Part shown: positions 22,465 through 32,815 of the stretch, one piece after another
Layout of the letters: every line of letters begins with the position of its first letter
How positions within the stretch are numbered: position 1 is the stretch's first letter
From: Lingula anatina
Taxonomy: Eukaryota; Animalia; Brachiopoda
DNA length: 64,000 bases
Assembly: GCA_051362555.1 (NCBI GenBank)
Contig: CM120643.1
Span: 21,518,848-21,582,847, forward strand
Direction: 5' to 3'
Made by a program: the position numbers and the translations under genes
Notes under the pieces: model-generated
Database searches by the model: none
What the model was told of the DNA's origin: nothing
The model's input: only the letters and a program-made list of their open reading frames with translations

Positions 22465-24075
22465 TTATTTAGTTTTAATTTTGTTTTGCTTGTTTCCCTC
22501 CCCTTTGCAACATCTTCTACATAGACACTTACAACAAGAAATGCAAGCAACCACAATACAAGCAAAAATACTGAGCAGAAAAACCACCACATCAACTGAA
22601 TAATACTGATACCAAGACATATGTGCAGAAGGTGAACGTAAATAGCTGCCGCCATGTTTGAGGACATGTTCAATCCAATAAGCTGCTTGCTGTTGTGGAG
22701 TCCATGGCTGATCACGATAAATAGCAGATAACTTCTTGGCCTTGTCATAATATGAAGAATTCTCTATCATGGTGTTGATGTTTTCTTGGAGCTCTTCTGT
22801 AGTGAAGTACAAGATGTCCATCACAATAGCAACGCCTTTGTTTTGTCCTCGGTAACCATTGTAAAACTGGTCTCCTGACAAAGGGAGTCCCAATACTGGG
22901 ATACCATGGTAGAGTGCTTCATACGAGCCTCCATTGCCACAGTGACTTATAAACAACTTGGTGTTGGGATGAGCCAACAGGTCATTCTGTGGCAGCCATG
23001 GTAAAACTTTGACATGTGATGGCAGATTGAGTTTCTTGGAGCCAGTATACCTCCATATTACACCATATTTAATTTTTGTGAAAGCCGACAGCAATTTTTG
23101 AATTACTTGATCAGGAATATACATGGCAAGAGACCCAAAGCTTACTACAACCACTCCATTTTTGTGCCCATCCATAAAATTCTGTAGTTCATTTGGAAGA
23201 GGTTTTCCAGGCCGTGTCATCATACCTCCTGCAAAGATGGTGTTTGGCAGTGCAAGCTGTGGATAATCAATGGATGGATGCTTACTTGTAACAATGAAAA
23301 GTTCAGAATCAGCAACCAGCTGGTGAAATGATTTCTGTGTCTCATTTGGCAAATATTTTGCATAATAATCGGGTGAAATTTTGTGGGTTGTCATGACGGA
23401 TAGAAGAGTATGTGCCAGAAAGTTCACTGAGCGCTGCAAAAAGGTCATTTGGTCAGAATATGTTGTAAGAAATGATGGGAGAAATGATGCTTGTTGTGGA
23501 ACTCCACTCTCTGGACTTACTAGGACGGCTGATGTCACATACGGAATCTTATATTTTATCGGAAACAAGTAGGCTGTTGGTGAAAATCCGACAGCATTGT
23601 GAAGTACCACCATGTCAGGTTTCAATTCTTTCATTTTTCTTTGAATATCTCCGTCAACTAAAAGATCTCCAAAGTAGTCCAGCATAAGTTTAGTCATGTA
23701 ATTCATAAATCCTACAGTTTTAATGGGAATGTATCTTTCCCTTGGGTTGTCAAAGATGGCAAACACACCATTTTTTTGCAACTCTGGTTTTTCAAAGTCC
23801 ATAAAGTCTGGTGACCTTGTTTTAAAAGTGAGCAACTTTACCTTGCTGTCTATTACATTATTGGGAAGAGGTGGCACAGAAGGATGCTCCCCCATGACCA
23901 AATACACCTCATGTCCCTTGTCTGCTAGTCCCACCAGAAGTGTATCAAGTTCTATAATCTGACTTTTCGCTGGTACACAGATTCCAACAAAAGTGGCACC
24001 CTCAGCAGTATTGTAGAGTGACATAAAATGTACTGCAAGGGTAAGCACCGCTTTGAACCAAGCCTGTATATCCAT
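22465..24075 (-). CDS. UDP-glycosyltransferase (UGT, GT1 family), single coding exon, tandem paralogue, 536 aa from ATG 24075
   Basis: Same architecture and signature (WLPQNDLLAHPNTKLFISHCGNGGSYEALYHGIPVLGLPLSGDQ). The ORF track starts at a GTG (24081); the first ATG is at 24075 (MDIQAWF). Confidence 0.97.
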   Translation of the reverse strand: MDIQAWFKAVLTLAVHFMSLYNTAEGATFVGICVPAKSQIIELDTLLVGLADKGHEVYLVMGEHPSVPPLPNNVIDSKVKLLTFKTRSPDFMDFEKPELQKNGVFAIFDNPRERYIPIKTVGFMNYMTKLMLDYFGDLLVDGDIQRKMKELKPDMVVLHNAVGFSPTAYLFPIKYKIPYVTSAVLVSPESGVPQQASFLPSFLTTYSDQMTFLQRSVNFLAHTLLSVMTTHKISPDYYAKYLPNETQKSFHQLVADSELFIVTSKHPSIDYPQLALPNTIFAGGMMTRPGKPLPNELQNFMDGHKNGVVVVSFGSLAMYIPDQVIQKLLSAFTKIKYGVIWRYTGSKKLNLPSHVKVLPWLPQNDLLAHPNTKLFISHCGNGGSYEALYHGIPVLGLPLSGDQFYNGYRGQNKGVAIVMDILYFTTEELQENINTMIENSSYYDKAKKLSAIYRDQPWTPQQQAAYWIEHVLKHGGSYLRSPSAHMSWYQYYSVDVVVFLLSIFACIVVACISCCKCLCRRCCKGEGNKQNKIKTK

Positions 24076-24200
24076 AATCACTGCAGAATGTAATCTGTAA
24101 ATTTACTTTTATCTGACAGTTGCCCTGGCCTTTCTCCTATGCGAGATATTCAGTTCTGTTCTTTCTGTTGTTGACACACTCAACACTGTGCTAAAGCTGC

Positions 24201-24207
24201 TTTTATA
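24201..24207 (-). promoter_or_regulatory. Candidate TATA box of the upstream UGT
   Basis: TATAAAA on the - strand ~125 nt upstream of the ATG, between two motifs shared with the other UGT's upstream region. Confidence 0.45.
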
Positions 24208-25314
24208 ACTGCTTCCAATAGGGAGGTCAATATATAGGACTAAATGGTGTGGCTGTCAGTTACGCACATGTAGAAATGCACAATGGAGCCTGAAGGTCAT
24301 GCTATAGTTCCAATTCTCTTCTCCCTCACTGACCTTGATTAACATCCTATGTACCCCTGCCAGACCTCTTATCTTCTGTTTACAAATTAGTGCTAAGTAC
24401 ACAGGTACTAGCCAAATAATAGGTAAAGGGCTCATTGGGGGAGGGGGGCAGGGAAGGACCATTGCTTAGAGAATATATTATAATTATAAACAAGGCAGCA
24501 AAGTAGTCAAATGTACAGACAAAAAGCAGAAAAAAAAGATGCACAAAATAGCTAATTACAACTGTCAATTCTGATGCAAAAATACATAATGATTAACAGC
24601 AAAGTCAACATCAAGTTTTAATTATGCAAAACAGGTAGAATGGATGTAAGCATAACTTTTTAAAAAATGTTCCAATCTGTGTGTTGTACATTAAAATAAA
24701 ATAATAATAAACAAGAAATTTATGTTCACACGTGCTGTCTTTTAAGTGTTGGCACAGTGCCACACGTATTATGTCTTCGTGCATGATGTCTATATGACTT
24801 TGTTTACGTATAAATGCAATACGTGTAGGTTACAGCTGAGAGCTAGGTCAATAAATGGGACATCTATGCAATTAAGGTCACCTGATTTATTTATTTTTTT
24901 TTTTAGGGCATATTAGTGGAGTATATAGCCTGTGTTAGTAGAGATGTAATTCTACATGTAATTTTATTACAGTTAAAATTAGAGCACTGTTTAATTTTAA
25001 GAAATATATGCTATTGGCCCTGCTATATTGGAGGGAGATAAAATATATGCTATATTTACTGATTTGAAACTTAAGATGCAATATGAATGATAAGTTGCAC
25101 AATTTATTAAAACTTTTTTTCAGCTTTTTAACAGATTATTCATCTGCTCTATATCAATGGGGTCCGGACCTCTACCCCACCCTTAACAAAACCCTTACTC
25201 TATTAGTGTGTATGGTAACAATCGCAATCTCATCTCTGTGCTGATTTTTATATTTTTTTGGAATTTGAAAGAAAACTATAGACACAAAGGAGTTGATAAG
25301 ACAGAGACCATGAT

Positions 25315-25320
25315 TTTATT
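25315..25320 (-). terminator. Candidate junctophilin polyadenylation signal (implies a ~3.1 kb 3'UTR)
   Basis: AATAAA on the - strand followed by GT/T-rich sequence (tgtcttatcaactcctttgtgtctatagttttc). Confidence 0.5.
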
Positions 25321-28300
25321 CTTCACACCAAGGTTTATATAACATGTGTACAGAGCAAAGAGTGTTTTAAGTCTGGTTAGAGACATGTAGAACTTAACAA
25401 TACTTAGGAGTGGAATAGAAACATACACAAAATGTGACTTGCTATTATTTTATCCTATAACATTCCTCCTCACTCAATGGTGCAACCTTAATCCTCTTTT
25501 AAACAAACTGATTTAATAAAAGTTTTTTTTAATTGTAAATAGTGAATGCTTCTAAAGAAAATGTATAATAGTGAAAAAAACAAGTAATGATCGACTGATG
25601 GATGCTTCAGCAGCATCTTTTCTTCGGATGAGATAGTTTATACATCAATTCCCTGTTTTCAGGAGCTCATTGCAAAAGTCTGAAAACTCACAAATTCAAA
25701 ACTATTCTACAATCTAACATTACTTCAGTTAGGGACATGTATCAAATACCATGTGAGGGCATCTTCATTAACTCACAAAAAAGTACTCGCCCTCAATACA
25801 AATACTAATCAAAAAATTCTTAGGTACTGAGTGACTCTAAGGAAGCTGAATACATGTCCAACGCAATACGTGCTCTACCAATCATCATTTAATATATATT
25901 TTCATGATGTTATTGTTAATTACAATAAATTTGCCAGGCCTTAAACATTACAAATATATGCATTGCAAAATGGTGAAAATCACACATACCCAGCTTGAAA
26001 AGTTCAAAAGCTGAAAAGGTATTATTTTGTAAAAGAAAAAAAATCACAGGGTTTGTTTTCTTTAATATTGTGTATGTATTCTATTAGCATTAAATGATTA
26101 CAAAAGAAATTTCTTGAACTTTGTGATGTTATAACTGGAACAGGATTCCCAATGTACTACACACTCGCATAAATATATATATATATATTTATATATAACA
26201 GAATAACTTCACACTCTGTTGGCCTTAAACAAACATATTTCAATCTTAATTAACAGATGTGTGTAAGTAATATTTAAACAAGCTCACAATATTCCAGCAA
26301 AACCTCAATATTTCAACATAGTATTAATACACTGTTATTAAATATGATTATATATAGAAGAAAGACACAAATATTGACCAGTGATCGATAACGGTGAGAT
26401 CACCTGTTAGACTGGTCACGGAAACATCACTTGGAGTATTGTTATATAGATAATCATAAGACCACATCCCAAGTTCATGGGACATAAAAGTGGTAAAATT
26501 TCAATTTTAACACACACCACATAAATTGAGCTGACTGATACAAAAGTAATATGACAAAAAGCCTTCTTAACTTTAATGTCTCTTTTTCCTTTCTGATCAT
26601 TATAACATCAGTAGATCAGAAATATTTTGCTGGCAGAACTGGATAAAAAATAAGTGAAAACCTAACAACTGAAAGATTTTAGTTATTGTCCAAACTTTCT
26701 TTAAAAAAAAACAAACAAATATACTTTAGCACAATATACTTTAGCACAATGCGATAAGTGAAGGAAGAAATTTTGCTTCTTTTAAAAGTATTGCCCTTTG
26801 ACTGATTTTCAAGTCTGTTCATAAAACTTATTTTCTCTCATTGAAGGCTTTCACAGCATTTGTCTTTCTCTTTCTCTCATATATTAGCCAGTATTTTCTC
26901 TTCGTTCATTTTTTTCTCATGTCAACATGTTCAACATAGAATGTGGCCAAAAGTAGATGAGGTGTCATAGGATGCCTTATGCTCCAAGCAATTTCCATTT
27001 GTTGCAATCTTTTCATCATGAAATGCTACATATTTTGAGTATTCCCTCAGAGTTATGTTAAGAATAATGTCAGATGATATCTCAAAGTCCATAAATGATT
27101 TCCCCTCCTAACATTGCCAGTATATGAAGTGCTGGGCCAGACATTCCCCCAAATGACTCGATCATATCCAAGCAATTCAGATAGTTTCCAGGTAATGCAG
27201 ATTTCATCCAAGTGATTCAGGTTCACTGAGATTTCTGAACATGATTAATGGAAATGCAGTCCAGATCTTGAATTATTTTCTCTCGTGTGCTCATGGCCGT
27301 TGCTCCTGCCTTTCATCATGTAATGATGGTTTCATACATATACATTAGTTCAACAGCCAAGTGTTGTTGTTTTTTTTTTCTACCATGGAAAAGAGCACTG
27401 TAAAAGAGTGGTATATTCAACCCTTAATCCTACATTAATATAATCTTACTGGACTTGTGCATCTTGCTTAAACTGGTGGCATTTTTCTAAAGATGGCAAC
27501 TTAGAATATTACAATGAAATTGTACTTGAGCTCAGAGCTGTATTTTGTCCAATAATTCTGATGGTATCATTACAAAAACCATGTAGTGATCTCAGAAAAA
27601 AACCTAGAAGAGTAGCCATAATGGAATGGTTTGGGATTTAGGGTTTGGGATTTAGAGTTACGTGCGGAATATTCTGAGAGTTTTTGCTGCTTATGAATTA
27701 CAGGAAATTTGACTAAAAACTGTGAGGGACACAAATTATGTGCAAATTTTTTTAAATGCAAAAGTAATGATAATTATAATCTTTGCACCATTTGTTTACA
27801 ATTTCATGCTTTTCCCCTTGTTCTTAAATGTATCAATCAGGATTGTACTTGGCCTAGCAGTTTGTGCTGTAAGAATTTTTGCCACAATCACAAAGCAGGC
27901 TTCCCACTGGTTTCCTTTCATTTTTTTTTAATGATGTGCTGTTGTTCTGCATTGATTAAACCTATGACATTCACAAAATAGCTTGCTGTCATTTGTTACT
28001 GAAGCTTATCACATGTGGTGCTTCATGAAGTAATTGTCAATAATGATGGGTCAGTCATGATTACTATGGTTACCAAGACCAGAGCAATTCTGAGCTTCTG
28101 TGTATATGATGTTTGTTTTTGTCTATACACAGTACTCTTATTTTTCTTCTTCTAGATGGGGCACACTTCCTTCTTGCTTGGTTATGTGAAAGCATGAAAT
28201 GGGACATATTTGTTTTTGTTTTTAAGTTCATTTTCGTTCGGCTTGCTTGTGTTTCTTCTCTCATTGAGCCTTGAAAAAAACTGATTGTTTGTTGACATTT

Positions 28301-28388
28301 TCCAGCTGAAAGCTCCGACAGGCTGAGTTTTCTCCCCAAAATCCGAGAAGAGATGCTGCAGATTCAAGACCTCGGAACTCAGATGCTC

Positions 28389-28475
28389 TCAGGTCAGAAG
28401 GTTGAAAAACATTGTTGCCAAGGAAACATTAACAGCTATTACCAACATCATCAGCTGACGTTGTTGACACCAATC
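28389..28475 (-). CDS. JPH: Junctophilin last coding exon (ER/SR tail anchor)
   Basis: ttcag|GAT TGG TGT ... CTG ACC TGA; DWCQQRQLMMLVIAVNVSLATMFFNLLT resembles the junctophilin ..LNIGLAILFVHLLT end. Confidence 0.9.
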   Translation of the reverse strand, partial: DWCQQRQLMMLVIAVNVSLATMFFNLLT

Positions 28476-31400
28476 CTGAAAAATAACAAATTTAAAGATA
28501 AATAATGTAGGATAAGTATACAAAAACCGGCAGAAAATAATACATAAACAAACAAATAAATACCCAGTAAATATACAGTGCACTTAATATTACTTAATAT
28601 TCTTGAAATATTTGACATATATATGTAGAACAAAAAGAAGGTTAATGAAATAATCTACAATAAATATTATTAAATCACATATTGCAAGAAACTGCTTTTA
28701 ATATATATTCAGTGGGCTGTGTTCCCCCCTCTTTGGTATGGAGGCACTCTCTTCTTTGCCCTCTCCTGTCCAAAAAAACTTAATGTCAATCAAAATGAGA
28801 CCAGCTCAGACCAAGTGATTTTTGCATCCCTTTGCCTGTATTACAGTGAAATTATTTTTGTCCGTCGCTTTATATTTGCCCAGCAAAGTGAGGCAAAACT
28901 AATTTTTACTTGTGTTCCCACCCCTTTACAAAAAACTAAGATCCACCAGTGCAAATGACAATAAAGTTCAAGGCAATATATATACCACCCAAAGACAGCT
29001 GAAATTAAACATTTCATAAGCTTGAACACACATTCCTGACACTCCCTAGGTATAATTATTTCAAGCATCTTTTCACCACACCTGTTCAACTGTATTTACA
29101 AAAAACACTGAGTATGCTTTTTCCTCCCAGTCTGATTTATTTATGAGTTGCCCTGTTACAGCAAGACGTGTCAAGAGTTTCTTTCAGTACCCAACTGCAT
29201 GAGTTCTCCTCACCCCTTCCAGCAGTCCAATTTATCAAATATGCCTAATGTTGTAACTTCCTGATATCTTAAATTACACACTTCAAACACTCTGAAAATA
29301 TTTTTTTCTTTTTTTCTTTTTTTTTTTTTTTCTCGTTCTTACACCTCCAGGCCATATCTATCAGCTTCAGATATGTTCACTAGTCTGTGATCACTACCTA
29401 TTTTAGTAAGCACAACTAGCTCCGACATCATCCCTCAATATTATACCAAACAAGCAGTGAGTCTGCCATTATTATGTTTTCAGCTTTAACTCATTCATTA
29501 TTGCATACAGGGCTGAGTTGGGAAGCTCCAATAGCCCACCTGCCTTCTCTTAACCCTCTATTTTCAATCCTAACTCTCCTCAAGATAGGACTCCGTTTTA
29601 CCAAAAATGGTGGCCACGTAGACTAGAAGGCATGTCTGTGCAGTTGGGGTTCTATATTCACCACAAGGAGGATGGGTATTTTTGTTCCTTCATGAGTATG
29701 GCCACATCATGTTGGTATTAGGCTGTAAGGGGCAGCAGGTGGGAGGAAAAACACCAGGAAACATAAGGTCAGGTGGGCAGACTACTCTCAGGTCATTTTG
29801 GTCACCTCCAGGATCCAGGAGTGCTACATATATCTGGAGAGAGCCAAATTTTCAAAACAGCATGATGCATGGGTTCCTGAATTTAATGACTCTGCTAAAA
29901 CCTTGGCTCAATCCAGTATATTCGAAACTTTCAAATAGATTTTCAGGTTATTTTGGTATATTATAGGAGTGCTAGCACCTGCTGGCAGACTTTCTCTGAT
30001 ACACCATGTTACCAACAGAATAAAATGCCAACACACAAGGAGGTTTTAGCGTGCCTTTTCTAGGAACTAATCTTAAACTCCCTGTCTGTCTGTATCCTGC
30101 AGAATTATAAAAATATTGCTTTATCACTTCTAAAAAATAAGGGTGGTTATGTTTGCATTAGTATTGATTTGTCTTTTTGTTGGTGGACAATGTATCTGTT
30201 TACAAATTTTGATGAATTTTTTCAGGATAAACAGCTATTTTGGTGGGATAGAAGTGATTACAATTTCAACTGAATCCCATCCCCTTCTATGTTTTTAAAA
30301 GAATTCTCAATTGACCTTTTCCTTGGTGGAGGACTAGCTGGACTCTCGGAGTGCTTCCTAACTTTTAAATAAGTTCTGATTTCATCTGGAGGGACCATTT
30401 TATCCATTTAACTAAATGAAGTACTGAAATGCGACTCTTGTCACTCTTCAGTCATATCCCAGTTTAAATTGCAAACTGTACAACAACATGGCAGCCTGCC
30501 TATACACTGGACAGGTGCATGACAATAGTACAGAGGATTTTCACTCTAAAACCTTCAGACCTATATGTGCCCTTTTATAAAAAAAAAGATAAAATGTAAT
30601 GATTTTTCAGATCAATGAACCTCGGACTAACAAGACGCACCCGTGCTGGACATGGCTGCTTAGGTTATACAGAAAGCAATTCCTGACAGACTGTTTAGAC
30701 ATCAATTAGTTAACTCATTTCCTCTGGATAACTTGGCTTAAAGGTTGCCTGTTAATAGGGAATAACTTAATTATGATTAAGTGGTAGGTGTTGACGGGGG
30801 CGATGACGGGGGCAGTGACGGAGCAGAGCCAGACTCTTACCTATCACTGTAAGCAAGGTTAATTAATGTCCCCCAAGGCCTGCTAATGCCATTTTGCCAT
30901 AGAAGTTAAAGTAATAGTTATTCATTATTAAGATAAGAACCAAAATAGTTGATGTCTATCTGTCCTTTGGTTTTTTGATGATTTCAACTAGATAAGCACA
31001 GACAAAGAGTGCAGACCTTCGCTAAGGCCATTCAGTTCTTCTTATTAATTAATCAATCAATTTATGGATCACCACCAAAATCTAATTAATTCTATGTTAG
31101 CCCATTTCCACCCTATACATAGAGGCTCCCTACCTATGTGTGCTTGCTCTGGAACATATGCAAACAAAGCCTGTGCAGTGCCGCATTTTACTGATAAAAT
31201 AGGGCACCATTTCTGACATATCCTGAACATTTTGTCAAAATTCTTTCTTAACTTTTTTTTTTTTAGTTAGGCTGTTAACTATCAAGCCAGCAAAGGCTAA
31301 GGCATATTTACCCCCCCCCCCCCCCCCCCCCCCCTTGACAGAAGCAAAAAATGCAAAACTTGGACTGAGAGGAACTCAATCTACACTGACTGAGGTTCAA

Positions 31401-32441
31401 AAGTGACCAGAAAAGCTAACTCAGTTCCTGGGTGGGGAAGAGTTAGTTCCCAATGGCTAGCTCTATCTGTCAAATAAATATGGAAAATTTACAGATGAGA
31501 CAAGTGCCTCGTTTGCCTTAACCACATAGCCATATTTTTTTAAATATTACTAGCACCAATCTACTAAAGAGACCAACCAGATTTATTGTGAGAACCTAAA
31601 TTTAGGAATTTCTAATTGGACAAGCCTTCCCCATAGGGTCTCAGAATTGACATTTCAGTTAATTTATCTTAGAATGATAAAGGTTACTTGTGAAACTTGG
31701 TCCAGGTGAACTCATAGATTCAAGGTGAATGACCTCTAAGACCAGTTAAGTCATCATTGAATGACAAACCAGTACGCTAATCTTAGTCCATGAAGTGTGG
31801 ATTATACTATCTGTGATAATTAATGGATCTCAGTAAATACCTGTGAATGAAAAAAATTTACAGAATAATTATAATACCACAAAGAAGCACAATAACTTTC
31901 AGTTTTTTTCAACAGGGATTTGCAGTAAAGCAAAACTGCAGGAGTATTACTTTTCATATTTCTTAAAATACTGAAGTGCTTTATAAAAAACACTGATAGG
32001 TCTAGTTTGTATTTTTATTTAACTTGCCTTTTTTTATAATTTACATTATACATACAAAGGATGGAAAAAAACTGTCAAATAATACTTCAAGTAATTTAAG
32101 GTGAAGAAATAATGTGGTACGTTATTTTGAGTGTTCAAAAAAAAAAAAAAAACAACAAATGAGGCACATCAAATTAAGAACTGAAATAGCACTTACGCAG
32201 TCAAGTGTTACTTAGTGATGAGAGCTTAATGAACATGTCTGAGACTTAATGCATCTAGAATTACCTAATCAGCTAGCCACTTAACAGGAAAAAACAGCGA
32301 AAGAGATTTACCAGTCCCTTAAGTTAACTTTGAACAAGACTGAACTACAGGTATGTCTAGAAGTGGCTTATTTACAGTTGGTGTAAGCACATTAGAGTAC
32401 CACTGAAGTGTATGGTACCAGTTTAAATAATCCCCCCCCCC

Positions 32442-32473
<32 letters not shown>

Positions 32474-32755
32474 TACACACACCACTTTAAATGACTGCTA
32501 CTTCTACATTTTTTTTGTCTCTCTCTCTCTCTCTTTCTGCCCACTGTATTTGTACTTGTTATGCCATGTTGATATTAGACATAAATTTCATATAAAAGGT
32601 AGATCTACTACAGATATCAAGTACTATTTGCTGCAATTTTTTCAATGTTTGATCAGTATTTTAATACATTTCATGGGCTCTTTAATGTCATTATTTTTTC
32701 AAATTTTCATCATTTTTTTGTGCGGGGCTTTATAATAATAATAATAATAATAATA

Positions 32756-32815
<60 letters not shown>

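Noticed and set aside
19756-23962. Antisense and alternative-frame ORFs overlapping the UGTs (and those over junctophilin exons at 35143-36051 and 40496-41239)
   Set aside because: These are shadow ORFs of real coding sequence with no recognisable domains.
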